From the NCBI GenBank assembly GCA_963663765.2, contig CAXXUA010000003.1:192001-256000 (forward strand): a stretch of 64,000 bases of DNA, in the 5' to 3' direction. The translations under genes and the position numbers were made by a program. The stretch comes from Candidatus Poribacteria bacterium (GTDB lineage: Bacteria; Poribacteria; WGA-4E; WGA-3G). The notes under the pieces are model-generated. The model saw only the letters and a list, made by a program, of their open reading frames with translations, was not told the DNA's origin and did not search any database. This document shows, one piece after another, positions 30,152 through 40,250 of the stretch. Positions within the stretch are counted from its first letter, which is position 1, and every line of letters starts with the position of its first letter.

Positions 30152-31252
30152 ATGTCAACGTATCGTGCGGGTGTCATCGGTTTAGGACGAATGGGAAGCA
30201 CCTTTGACGACGAAATTACACAGGGAGGTTCACTCTTTCTGCCTTACTGTCATGCGCCAAGTTATGTGTCATCACCCAAAACGGAATTGGTAGCGGGTGC
30301 TGACCTACATGCCGAACAAGCCTCAATCTTTGCAGAACGATGGGGACTCAGTTCGGAACATATTTATAGCGATTATCGTGAAATGCTTGCGAAGGAAAAT
30401 CTTGATTTGGTCAGTATTTGCACAACAGCACGGGTTCGGTCAACTATCGTGCAAGATGTTGCGAGTGCTGGTGTCAAGGGTATTTGGGCAGAAAAACCGA
30501 TTTCACTTAGCCTTGCAGAAGCAGATAAGATGTTGGATGTCTGCAGAGAAAACAATGTTGTCATCGCAATCAATTGTGCAAGACGATGGAATCCCTTCTT
30601 TAGTGAAGCGAAAAAACTAATTGATGAGGAGGAAATCGGAAATGTGCTGCAAGTAACTGTATATGCACAGTGTGGTCTCTCACATAATGGTAGCCATGCT
30701 ATTGATATTTTACGTTACATGGCGGGTGGTAATGTGGAGTGGGTTTTCGGTGAAATGCAATCTGACGCAGCTGCCGAAAGTGAAAACGACCTGATGGGAA
30801 ACGGTTATCTTGTTTTTGATAACGGTGTCCGTGCGTATCTCCGAAGCACGTCATGTGGAGCGGCACCCTGGGAAGTGGATGTTATCGGTACAAAAGGACG
30901 TATTCGTTCAATCAACAATGCCGAAACCTTTGAGTTGATCCGTATGCTTCCGGGTGGCAGACGTGGACGTGGTGTTCCTGCAAAATGTCCGTTCCCGTTA
31001 CCTGTGCGGATGCAAGGTATGGGATTGACCATCCTTGACGACATCATCAACGCTATTGAGAACGGAGGTTCACCTAAATGTTCCGGTGACGATGGACGCG
31101 CAGCGTTAGAGATTGCTATAGCATTGCGAGAATCGCATCGGCGCGGTGGTGTAAAGGTGAACTTACCGATTGAAGACCGGGAACTACGCATCCTTTCATC
31201 AGAGATTCGCGGTGACGAGACACCTGCGCGTGTAAGGCGGATGCGGGGTTGA
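30152..31252 (+). CDS. Gfo/Idh/MocA family oxidoreductase
   Basis: GVIGLGRMG, AEKPI and NGSHAID motifs. Confidence 0.88.
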   Translation: MSTYRAGVIGLGRMGSTFDDEITQGGSLFLPYCHAPSYVSSPKTELVAGADLHAEQASIFAERWGLSSEHIYSDYREMLAKENLDLVSICTTARVRSTIVQDVASAGVKGIWAEKPISLSLAEADKMLDVCRENNVVIAINCARRWNPFFSEAKKLIDEEEIGNVLQVTVYAQCGLSHNGSHAIDILRYMAGGNVEWVFGEMQSDAAAESENDLMGNGYLVFDNGVRAYLRSTSCGAAPWEVDVIGTKGRIRSINNAETFELIRMLPGGRRGRGVPAKCPFPLPVRMQGMGLTILDDIINAIENGGSPKCSGDDGRAALEIAIALRESHRRGGVKVNLPIEDRELRILSSEIRGDETPARVRRMRG

Positions 31253-31376
31253 AATAGTTTATATGTGCATTACACAAAATAAATATTTAATTTGAAAATA
31301 TAATTGGAAATATGGTATATTTACGGTAAGTCTTACTTTTCGTACTAAACTTTAAAGTGTCAAGAATAGAATAGTT

Positions 31377-34300
31377 ATGCGTATACAATTAATTCAACAA
31401 AAGGTTCCAATTGGAAGCCAAGTCACATTTACAATGAAAACTGGCGAGAAAATGTCAGGTTCGTTAACGGAACTTGGTAAAGATTATGTTGCATTAGATG
31501 TCCTAAATGGCCAAGCAATTTTGGATGTTAAAGAGATAGAGGGTATTCATCTAGGCATTTATGTTGATGAATCAGATAGTTCAGTTTCTTCTGTAATTTC
31601 ACTCACAACATCTGAGGATCCTGAAGATATTCCGTTACCAACTGAGGCTAATCCGAAACTTGGTGATAACCAAATTCTGTCAACACCTGATGGAATCGAA
31701 CCAGTCGTTGAACAGGAATCTCCCGATGTTGCTGCTGTATCAACTGAAGTTTTTAATTCTTCAGAGGACTCTTCGATCTCTGTTGAAGAACCTGAAAATT
31801 CAGATTCTATTGGTATACAAACTGACTTTGTTGATCCTGAAGAACAACTTGATGAAATTGAAAAACGGTTTAAGAACGAAATTGAATCTGCTAATATTGA
31901 ATTGCAACCTCCAGATTTTACTTTTCCAGCAGATGAATTGAAAGGTTGGCAAAATACAAGTATTGCTGGCAAATGGTTACAAATCAAGAATACGTTTAAG
32001 AACGCTGAAAGAATCAATGAATTAAGTACCAAATTTGGCAGAATCCAACCACTTCTTAGTGAACTCACCTCTTTAGTTAGACGTTTTCCGAATTCTCCAT
32101 CACTTAAACGTGTTACTGCATATTTTAACGCAGTATCAGATGATTGGCAAGAGGCAATTCAAATATATAAAGAAGTGGCGATTACTTCAAAAGATTTCAT
32201 TGACTGGTTTAATGTAGCGGTATCAGCGTTGAATTTGAATGAAGAAGAGTTCGCTTGTTATAGTTTAGAGAGATTCTTCAATGGTGTTTCTGTAATTGAT
32301 AAGCCGAATGCATGGTATATTTATGTCAATCTCGTAGAGAAATTCAACAATCTTTCTGCATTCCGTGATCTGTGTAAAATAGACGAAAACGATGTTGCTG
32401 AAAATGAAATTGAGATTTTATTGGACACGGCTATATATCTCTTTAAGAGGAAGGTTACCACAGAATTAGCAATAGAAATTGTACAAAAACGAATCAAAGG
32501 TGAACCCGCTGTATCTTTGTTAAAAGAAGTCTCTGCAAAACTTGGTGGTCAGTCCGTTGAATCTTTCCGTCAATTCTTGGAAGAATTCATGAACGAGAGG
32601 ATTGCTTCAGAAGAAAAAGACAACTCTATACATCTGGGATATTCTGAACCCTTTGGAAATACTAAAGCACCTACTCGCGATGTAACACTACAAAAACCTT
32701 ATTCACGACCAACAGTTAAACTTACAGGGGAAGAACTTTATAGAAAAGCACAGAGAGCCGATAAAATAGACAAAAACCTTGCGAAAGCAGAAAAACTTTT
32801 CCGAGAATGTATTCGTCAAAATATTCGGTATGACAGTGCAATTAAGGATTTAGCGATGGTGCTCGTGCGATTAGATCGTTCGTTGGAAGCCGTGGAACTT
32901 CTTGAAAAATATCGGCCAGATGTAGAAGATAAACAGTCTTTAGATAATACTCTCATAATGGTATATCCAACTGCGGATCAGTATGAGAAAGCAATTGATC
33001 TTCTTAACAATTCTCTTAAACTAACTTCAGAGAGAGAAAAAAGGGCGCATATACACTCGCAAATATCCAGTAATTACATTAAATTAGGAAATTATTCAAA
33101 TGCAGAAAAACAATTCCGAGAGGTGCTAAAGTTACGGCCTAACAATATCACCGTGCAACGGAACCTTGCACTTTGTCTCTCAAAACAAGACCGTTATACA
33201 GAAGCAGAAGAAATCTTAAACCGAATTCAAAATATCTCTCCTAATGCTAAAACTGCTGAATTATTGGAAGCAATTGAAAAGGCAAAAGCAACTGGAGAAT
33301 TTATTCTTGATGATGACAGTTTTATTCCGACACCTTCAGATTTTTCTGGTGAATTAAGCGAATTTGCACATTTCTTTCTGAAACGTTGTGAGTTTGAAGG
33401 TCTGGAATCCAACATAATTGCCCAAAGAGTGCAAGATGGAAAATATACGGGGTCGGAAAAAGACGTAAAACGCGATATTGATAGACTTAGAGTAGTCTCC
33501 AGCAAACTGGGTCCTAGTAGTCCACGAGAACGTAGTAACTATAATCTATCTGCAGCCAGAATCTATTTTGATATAAGAGATAATAGGGATTCTTTTTATC
33601 AAGACCTTTGCCGTAGTTTTGCTTCAAGAGGCGATGCTGCAGTGATTGAAAATAGGGATTTAGATGCTGCGAGGGGGTGGTATTGTGAAGCACTGACCGT
33701 TTACGATGGAGCCAGAATTCATCATGGAAATGATGAAATAGGTTCTCTTGTAAAAGATGCAGATGGCTCACTTGTCAGGTATCTCTATTCAATATTGGGG
33801 GCTGAACGTATACCACGACCACCTAAGATTCCATCTGTCAGTACAGCGGTATCAGATGTTATTTGTACTGAGAGTGAAAAAGTTTTCGATGCAATAGTTT
33901 ATTTAGTTTCACACAGTGGATATGCTTCTGAAAAAATTTTACGTTGTCTTTACGAAAACACATCCTTACGAAGTATAGCTCTAAAATATTTAGAAAAAAA
34001 AGTGTTAGATCATCATCTTCCTGTTAAAGGTCAGAGTGATTTCATTCAATTGTGGAACGATTTACGACACAATCAATTTGGCAAAGCACACAGTATTTCA
34101 AACGGTTTAAGGGTTTTACAGACTTTTGAAATCTCGGTAGCTTGGTTGGAAGATAACATTAAACACATAGAAAATATTCGCACTAACCTTTTCTTTGAAT
34201 TAGACAAACAGAGAATTGCAGAATTACGGAGAATATTTTATACTGCATTAGAACTTTGCCAACAGAAAGTGTTTGGAGAACAGGAGTATCGTTGTAAGTT

Positions 34301-36011
34301 ACTCGATCGTTTCTGTGAAGATCTACTCGGACAAATTGAAATGAATCCAACAAAGTTTTCAGTAGAAGATGTTTATCCACTTATTGATGTTATTCACCAG
34401 AAAGTTAAAGAACATCTAGAAGGACTCTACGAAACTTTGAAACCTCAATTGACATTAAGGTTAGCAGAAGGAAAGGAATCTTGTGTGCCAGTTGATAGGA
34501 GAATTGAGGTGCAAATTGTTGTGGAGAATGAAGAAGGACGAATGCCTGCTGATGCATTAAAATTAGTAGCTCAGGCGGATGAATCATTTTTTGAAGTAAC
34601 AGTGCCAGATGTTGAATTAGCAGAATCATTGCGCGGAGGTAAAGACGCTCAGACAATTCTAAAGGTTCCTTTGCGTTTAACAGATGCAGCTTTGCAATCA
34701 GAAGCATTCTCTCTACCTATTTACGCTGAGTACGGTATCCGTGGAGGAAAACGAGATAAAACTCCAGTTCAAAATCTCTCTGTCAGACTTAATTCAGAAG
34801 ATGCGTTTGAGAAAATTGCAAACCCTTATGCGCGTTTTGCTGAAGGAGGCGTTGTTGGGGATGCGGAGATGTTCTTTGGACGTGATGAGTTAATTCAAAA
34901 TATTTCAAAGTCCATTAAAGAATCTCATTTTCAAAGTAAGTCAGTTGTTGTATTTGGACAAAAACGATCTGGAAAATCCTCAGTTTTGTATCACCTAAAG
35001 AAATCACTTCAAGAAGATAAAAATTTGCTTATTCTTGATTTAGAAAACATTGCTGCAATTCTGGGAGAGAATTCTAATGTCTCACTCTTAACCCTGATTT
35101 TCAAGAACATTTTATCAGAATTGCAAGATGCTATCGAAGATCACATAGATAAAGGTTTTACACCTTTAGAAATTGCTATTCCTTCTGATATGGACTTCTA
35201 TTCACATCCTAACCCTCAGCAGTGTTTTGGAAGTATATTTAGGAGTTTCAGACGTGAGATTTCTAAACAGGAAGATTGGCGTGATGTCCGGGTTGTCCTA
35301 CTGATTGATGAATTTCAGTATATTTATTCTCGAATTGTTGATGGTAAGATTCCCGAATCGTTCATGCAAAGTTGGAAGGCTTTTTTGCAAGCAAACTATT
35401 TCCATACAGTTTTAGTAGGTCAGGATGTAATGCCAAAGTTTAAAGCACGTTTTCCTAACGAGTTTGGTACAACTCAAGATGAGCGGGTTACTTATCTGAA
35501 ACCAGACGATGCACGAAGACTTATTGACGAACCCATACGCATTGGTGGCAGACAGGGTGACAGTCGCTATCGTGAACAAGCAATTGAACGGATTTTGGAT
35601 CTCACTGCTGGCAGCCCGTTCTACATTCAAATTATTTGCAACCGTCTTGTTGAATACATGAACGTTAAACACGCTGGACTTGTAACAGAGGCAGACGTTG
35701 ACCAGGTTAAGAATGAATTGATACGCGATGTAAATGCGTTAGGTTTAGACAAATTTGATAATCTCATCAATTCAGGAGATACCTCACCAGATGCTATAAC
35801 AGATGAAGATGTCATAAAAGTCCTTAAGATAATTGCTGACAATAGTAGTAAAACAGATCCTTGTCCTCGTGATAAAATTGTTTGCCAAACAGGTTCACCA
35901 ATTGATACTATTCTGGATGATCTTGAGAAGCGAGATGTTGTTAAACGCCGCGATCAATCTTATCAAATTCAGGTGGGACTTTTCAGAGAGTGGCTGATTG
36001 AGAACGGTTAA
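31377..36011 (+). CDS. Large Sm-like/TPR/Ig-like/STAND-type P-loop NTPase protein
   Basis: TPR-like helices (e.g. YIKLGNYSNAEKQFREVLKLRPNN), NPY...FFGRDE, Walker A GQKRSGKSS, Walker B LLIDEFQ, TAGSPFYIQ, C-terminal wHTH-like LDDLEKRDVV...LFREWL. Confidence 0.75.
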   Translation: MRIQLIQQKVPIGSQVTFTMKTGEKMSGSLTELGKDYVALDVLNGQAILDVKEIEGIHLGIYVDESDSSVSSVISLTTSEDPEDIPLPTEANPKLGDNQILSTPDGIEPVVEQESPDVAAVSTEVFNSSEDSSISVEEPENSDSIGIQTDFVDPEEQLDEIEKRFKNEIESANIELQPPDFTFPADELKGWQNTSIAGKWLQIKNTFKNAERINELSTKFGRIQPLLSELTSLVRRFPNSPSLKRVTAYFNAVSDDWQEAIQIYKEVAITSKDFIDWFNVAVSALNLNEEEFACYSLERFFNGVSVIDKPNAWYIYVNLVEKFNNLSAFRDLCKIDENDVAENEIEILLDTAIYLFKRKVTTELAIEIVQKRIKGEPAVSLLKEVSAKLGGQSVESFRQFLEEFMNERIASEEKDNSIHLGYSEPFGNTKAPTRDVTLQKPYSRPTVKLTGEELYRKAQRADKIDKNLAKAEKLFRECIRQNIRYDSAIKDLAMVLVRLDRSLEAVELLEKYRPDVEDKQSLDNTLIMVYPTADQYEKAIDLLNNSLKLTSEREKRAHIHSQISSNYIKLGNYSNAEKQFREVLKLRPNNITVQRNLALCLSKQDRYTEAEEILNRIQNISPNAKTAELLEAIEKAKATGEFILDDDSFIPTPSDFSGELSEFAHFFLKRCEFEGLESNIIAQRVQDGKYTGSEKDVKRDIDRLRVVSSKLGPSSPRERSNYNLSAARIYFDIRDNRDSFYQDLCRSFASRGDAAVIENRDLDAARGWYCEALTVYDGARIHHGNDEIGSLVKDADGSLVRYLYSILGAERIPRPPKIPSVSTAVSDVICTESEKVFDAIVYLVSHSGYASEKILRCLYENTSLRSIALKYLEKKVLDHHLPVKGQSDFIQLWNDLRHNQFGKAHSISNGLRVLQTFEISVAWLEDNIKHIENIRTNLFFELDKQRIAELRRIFYTALELCQQKVFGEQEYRCKLLDRFCEDLLGQIEMNPTKFSVEDVYPLIDVIHQKVKEHLEGLYETLKPQLTLRLAEGKESCVPVDRRIEVQIVVENEEGRMPADALKLVAQADESFFEVTVPDVELAESLRGGKDAQTILKVPLRLTDAALQSEAFSLPIYAEYGIRGGKRDKTPVQNLSVRLNSEDAFEKIANPYARFAEGGVVGDAEMFFGRDELIQNISKSIKESHFQSKSVVVFGQKRSGKSSVLYHLKKSLQEDKNLLILDLENIAAILGENSNVSLLTLIFKNILSELQDAIEDHIDKGFTPLEIAIPSDMDFYSHPNPQQCFGSIFRSFRREISKQEDWRDVRVVLLIDEFQYIYSRIVDGKIPESFMQSWKAFLQANYFHTVLVGQDVMPKFKARFPNEFGTTQDERVTYLKPDDARRLIDEPIRIGGRQGDSRYREQAIERILDLTAGSPFYIQIICNRLVEYMNVKHAGLVTEADVDQVKNELIRDVNALGLDKFDNLINSGDTSPDAITDEDVIKVLKIIADNSSKTDPCPRDKIVCQTGSPIDTILDDLEKRDVVKRRDQSYQIQVGLFREWLIENG

Positions 36012-36021
36012 TGGAGAAGAT

Positions 36022-37527
36022 ATGAATTTTGAAAATCCTTTTGTAAATTATGGCAAAATTGTTCGTGGTGAACGTTTCATTGGACGTCATAAAATTCATA
36101 GTGTGATTGAAAACCGAATTATTTATCCTGTTAACCCTGGAAATTTAGCCATCATTGGTGTGCATCGCATTGGCAAAAGTAGTCTTGCTTACAAAACAAT
36201 CATTGAACAAAAAGAGAAACTAATTGCTAAGGGAATCCTGCCTATTTGGATTGGACTATCTTCCTACGATCAGTCATCAGAGTTTTTCAGTTCGCTGGTA
36301 GTTGAATGTGTCAATGAAATGGAAGATTTAGATTGGCTAACTGAGAAAATTCAACGTTTAGCTGATCGTGCATTAGAAGATGGTGCTACGTGGGACCGAA
36401 CAAGACGTTTTTTTAAAGAAGTGCAAAAAGCTGGATATGGTACACTTTTCATTCTGGATGAATTTGATCATGCTCGTTATATCTTCAAGGGTGAGACAGC
36501 ATTCCAACGTTTGCGAGAATTAGCCGATTATCCAGATTACCGTTTGTCGCTTGTGCTCACGTCCCGTCGTAGCATTAAGGATATTGAAACCGCGGCTGGT
36601 TCTTCATCTCCGTTTCATAACATTTTCCAAGTACAACGTTTAGCCATGTTCAATGATGATGACTTAGCAATCTACTTTTCCCGATTTTCAGATATGGGAA
36701 TATCTATATCTGATGAACAAAGACAACGGGTGTTGTTCTATTGTGGAGTTCACCCCTACTTGTTGGAAATGTTAGGTTGGGAAATCGTTGAGAGGTATCG
36801 TCAAAATCAAGAACAAGATGTTGATATCGATTTAGCAGCAGATACTATCCTACAGTCTATCTTTGGTCATTATGACGATATGATTCGGTTGCTGCGGGAG
36901 GAAGAAACCTTAAATAAACTTCTCCAGATTTTATTTGGTCCTGCCATTGATGTTACACCAACAGATGTAACAGAACTTGAAAACTACGGTTTGATTAAGT
37001 CAGTTAATGAATGTCCTTATATTGCATACTCAGAACACTTTCACGATTACCTAAAACTACATGAAAGTGCAACAGAATTTGTTGATGATTTACATTCTAT
37101 CTGGAGCAAAACTGAGAATGTGCTCCGCGAGGTAATCACAACAACCATGTTTGGTGTATTTGGAGATGATTGGATTGAAGAATTCGAGAAAACACGCCCT
37201 AATCTGAAACAGATTTTCGATAAATGTCGTCAAGCACAACAGAAGGAAGAAAAGTCATTTCCAGATCAAGCATCACAAAATCTAATTGATTATACCTATC
37301 CAGCAGATCTGTTTAGGATAATTCTTGGTAAAGGAATATGGGATCAGCATTTTCAAACAATCTTTGGTCAATATACGGGTTACTGGGACGAACGGGGTAA
37401 GTTTCTTGCGAAATGTAGAACTCCTTTGGATCACAACCGGGATAAAATACTTAAACCTCACCAACGAAAAATATTTGAAGCGTATTGTGATGAAATTCTG
37501 GGAGTGCTGTCTAATAGCATCCAGTGA
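36022..37527 (+). CDS. STAND-type ATPase with C-terminal Swt1-like HEPN domain
   Basis: NPF...FIGR, Walker A GVHRIGKSS, Walker B ILDEFD, GVHPYLL. C-terminal ENVLREVI...IDYTY...RTPLDH (Rx4H). GGAG RBS upstream. Confidence 0.75.
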   Translation: MNFENPFVNYGKIVRGERFIGRHKIHSVIENRIIYPVNPGNLAIIGVHRIGKSSLAYKTIIEQKEKLIAKGILPIWIGLSSYDQSSEFFSSLVVECVNEMEDLDWLTEKIQRLADRALEDGATWDRTRRFFKEVQKAGYGTLFILDEFDHARYIFKGETAFQRLRELADYPDYRLSLVLTSRRSIKDIETAAGSSSPFHNIFQVQRLAMFNDDDLAIYFSRFSDMGISISDEQRQRVLFYCGVHPYLLEMLGWEIVERYRQNQEQDVDIDLAADTILQSIFGHYDDMIRLLREEETLNKLLQILFGPAIDVTPTDVTELENYGLIKSVNECPYIAYSEHFHDYLKLHESATEFVDDLHSIWSKTENVLREVITTTMFGVFGDDWIEEFEKTRPNLKQIFDKCRQAQQKEEKSFPDQASQNLIDYTYPADLFRIILGKGIWDQHFQTIFGQYTGYWDERGKFLAKCRTPLDHNRDKILKPHQRKIFEAYCDEILGVLSNSIQ

Positions 37528-37584
37528 ACTCATCTGAAGCATCATTACACAAAAGTACTTTCATTTAAGACAGAAATGTAACGT

Positions 37585-39099
37585 TTATGCATACGCGAAG
37601 CGATCAACACGTTTTTCCAATGGCTCCATCTCCTCAAGAATGGCCCCTATGAGGTTTGCCTTATCAGCTGCATAAGCGGGATTATCCCAGTGGTTAACGC
37701 GTTCAGCAGGATCACTTTCCAAGTCGTAGAGTTCACCATACGGATGTCCGCAATACCATGTCAACTTCCGCGTGTCAGTCACAATGGTTTTAAGACGCAA
37801 ACCTTGTGGGTCGTCAACACATTCCACCAACAATGAATCTCTCACAGACTCTTGTTCTCCAGTAAGCATCGGCATTGCGTCCACACCATCAATATCGGAT
37901 GGGATCGGCAACCCGGCAGCAGCAAGAACAGTCGGGACAATATCAACATGACTGAAGAGAGCCTGTGAACGTTGTCCAGATGGAATAGCAGCAGGATACC
38001 GCATTAAAGTCGGCACGCGGACAAGTTGCTCATAATGGAAAGGTCCCTTCATCCAAAGTCCGTGGTCACCCAACAGTTCTCCGTGGTCTGTCGTAAACAG
38101 GACTAACGTATTATCGCGCATCCCTTGCGCATCAAGACATTCCAAAATGCGTCCCATCTGCTGATCAATAATCTTCACCATATTGTAATAATATGCTCTA
38201 CCGAGTCTCGCATCGTCCTCAGAGACTTTGCGAAAATCTGCACCGCCACCTTGTCCCGCCATCGCAAACTTGCCTTTTGTCTTTGAATTTCTAAGTTGAC
38301 CACACCGAGCTTCCATAAAGTGTGGAGGTTTGTCCTCCAACTCACCTTCAACAAAATCTGGCAGCAGTACTTCAGCAGGATTAACGCGTTCCTCAAATTC
38401 AGTTGGTACACAGTGTGGATGGTGCGGGTCTTGAAAACCGACTGACAACAAGAAAGGTTGATCAGCATCACGGTTTGTCAAAAAATCTATCGTTCGATCA
38501 GCAGTCCAAATACTGTTGTGGTATTTTAGGGGAATATCCCAATCGTGCGCGCCACCACCAAAACCTACTTTTGACAGACGTCTCGCTTTGCTGTAACTGG
38601 CAAAATCTTCTGCAGAAACCTGAGATTTCACCCACTCACCATAATGTCCGGCGATACCATACGTTGCATGACCGAGTGCTAATTCTATTGTCTCAAATCC
38701 GTAGTAAGGTCCGCAGAAATCTGGGTAACGATCCGTGTTGTTTCGCGTTTCCATTGATAGTTCTGGGGATGCACCAAAGGGTTGAAAATGAGCTTTACCA
38801 ATGTAGTGTGTGCGATATCCAGCTTCCGAGAGTCGGTTTGAGATCATCGGTTCATCTTCGGGGACATTCATACCAACATTCCATGCACCGTGCCGACTCA
38901 CATACTTACCAGAAAAGATTGAAGCACGGGCAGGAGTGCATACTGGATTTGTACAATACGCACGTTCAAAACAGACACCTTCAGCTGCAAATTTGTCTAA
39001 ATGCGGAGTATCTGTAAATGTTGAGCCGTAGCAGCTGAGACTATCCGTACGCTGCTGGTCGGTCGTAATAATGATTATATTCGGACGTTGTGTGTTCAT
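37585..39099 (-). CDS. Sulfatase (formylglycine-dependent)
   Basis: PNIIIITTDQQR, CTPAR (CxPxR), GKAH, TDHGE. Confidence 0.92.
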   Translation of the reverse strand: MNTQRPNIIIITTDQQRTDSLSCYGSTFTDTPHLDKFAAEGVCFERAYCTNPVCTPARASIFSGKYVSRHGAWNVGMNVPEDEPMISNRLSEAGYRTHYIGKAHFQPFGASPELSMETRNNTDRYPDFCGPYYGFETIELALGHATYGIAGHYGEWVKSQVSAEDFASYSKARRLSKVGFGGGAHDWDIPLKYHNSIWTADRTIDFLTNRDADQPFLLSVGFQDPHHPHCVPTEFEERVNPAEVLLPDFVEGELEDKPPHFMEARCGQLRNSKTKGKFAMAGQGGGADFRKVSEDDARLGRAYYYNMVKIIDQQMGRILECLDAQGMRDNTLVLFTTDHGELLGDHGLWMKGPFHYEQLVRVPTLMRYPAAIPSGQRSQALFSHVDIVPTVLAAAGLPIPSDIDGVDAMPMLTGEQESVRDSLLVECVDDPQGLRLKTIVTDTRKLTWYCGHPYGELYDLESDPAERVNHWDNPAYAADKANLIGAILEEMEPLEKRVDRFAYA

Positions 39100-39113
39100 A
39101 GATATTGACAGCC

Positions 39114-39713
39114 TTAATTTCCTTGTACTGCTTTGAAAACAGAATTCATTGCACCAAACAAGATAGGTAAATTTGCTAAAGTAAAGTTGGTTCGATTTCG
39201 TGTAAAGACATCACCAACAAGATTTCCAAATTGCCACATAATTCCATCGGTGACAATGCCATGCACAGGAAAATTTGTATTGTCATTTATTTTCTGTGCT
39301 GCGACTAACTCTGCCAAACACTGTCCCCATCCAAGTTCAAAGTCGTTCTTTTTCGCTTCAACCATCATTATCAATGGTGTTCCGACAACAGTGATACCCA
39401 ATTCAGACTTTGTGGCAATAAGATAATCTGGTGTTCCATTCAAAGTTTCATCATAAGTGATGGATTTCTTTACCCAAAGTCCGTAGTTTTCTGCATAATC
39501 TTTGTAGATCTCTCTTAAAATAGGAAATATGACCACTTCACATCTTGATCCTTCTGATGTAAAAAAATCAATGTGTTGTTGACTAAATTCAAGTTCTTTC
39601 AAAAAATGTTCTGAAGGAACTTTCGCCTCAGCTTTGAAAAAATCATTGTACGTGTATTTGATATTGAACTTTTCCTGAACTTCAGAAATTGTCTTGAAAT
39701 CACTAAATGCCAT
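39114..39713 (-). CDS. PD-(D/E)xK nuclease-like protein (HsdR N-terminal-like), paralog A
   Basis: GTPDY...VEAKK...GQCLAEL...GIVTDG..W.F. GGAGG RBS upstream. Confidence 0.6.
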   Translation of the reverse strand: MAFSDFKTISEVQEKFNIKYTYNDFFKAEAKVPSEHFLKELEFSQQHIDFFTSEGSRCEVVIFPILREIYKDYAENYGLWVKKSITYDETLNGTPDYLIATKSELGITVVGTPLIMMVEAKKNDFELGWGQCLAELVAAQKINDNTNFPVHGIVTDGIMWQFGNLVGDVFTRNRTNFTLANLPILFGAMNSVFKAVQGN

Positions 39714-39743
39714 GAGGACTACCTCCACACTTCCAATATGAAT

Positions 39744-39862
39744 TAGGTCTTACGCAAAAACGGTAAGCGCGCTTTGTCTGCTCGCTAAAAACTCAAGATA
39801 CTTCTAAGAATGGACTGTTTAGGCATATTTATTGAAAATCTGTGAAAATTGCGTCCATCCTA
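39744..39862. mobile_element. Degenerate copy of the 20440 MITE family
   Basis: TAGGTCTTACGCA...TGCGTCCATCCTA, with similar length and similar internal sequence (caaaaac.gta.gcg.gctttgt). Confidence 0.6.
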
Positions 39863-40056
39863 TTAATTTTCGCATTTAGTCGTTTTGGACTTAGAAACGG
39901 TGCGCGAGCACCTGACAGGTTATAGTGGGGTCTATATGAGCATGATAGAGGTTTTAGTTGCTATTGAAGCATGCTTGGAATAGTTCGCATCATTATACGG
40001 ATCAGATCACCACTATAATGTTGCGTATACACCTTTGTATGTAGCGGAGTCATGCT

Positions 40057-40250
40057 CTGACATACTCCCCAAGCTAAAGCATGGGGGTTCTTAGTTCTTA
40101 TATTGGAAACGGTTTGAGTTGTTTCCAAACGACTTTTCCTGCTTCCGTGTCTCGTGCCCTTTCCTGAACAGCGTTGGGTCTTATTTGCACTCCACAGGCG
40201 TGACTTTCGGTGTGTCCCACCGTAGTTGGTTTCAAGTTTATTGCAGCATT
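40057..40250 (-). ncRNA. Predicted TnpB omega/reRNA scaffold (5' boundary approximate)
   Basis: Inferred from the known TnpB architecture, in which the RNA overlaps the tnpB 3' end and the right-end hairpin. Confidence 0.45.

Noticed and set aside
20854-37527. Both large defence-like loci follow a Gfo/Idh/MocA gene, suggesting targeted integration
   Set aside because: I found no shared att-like sequence or direct repeat at the junctions, and the oxidoreductase family is abundant, so coincidence is likely.
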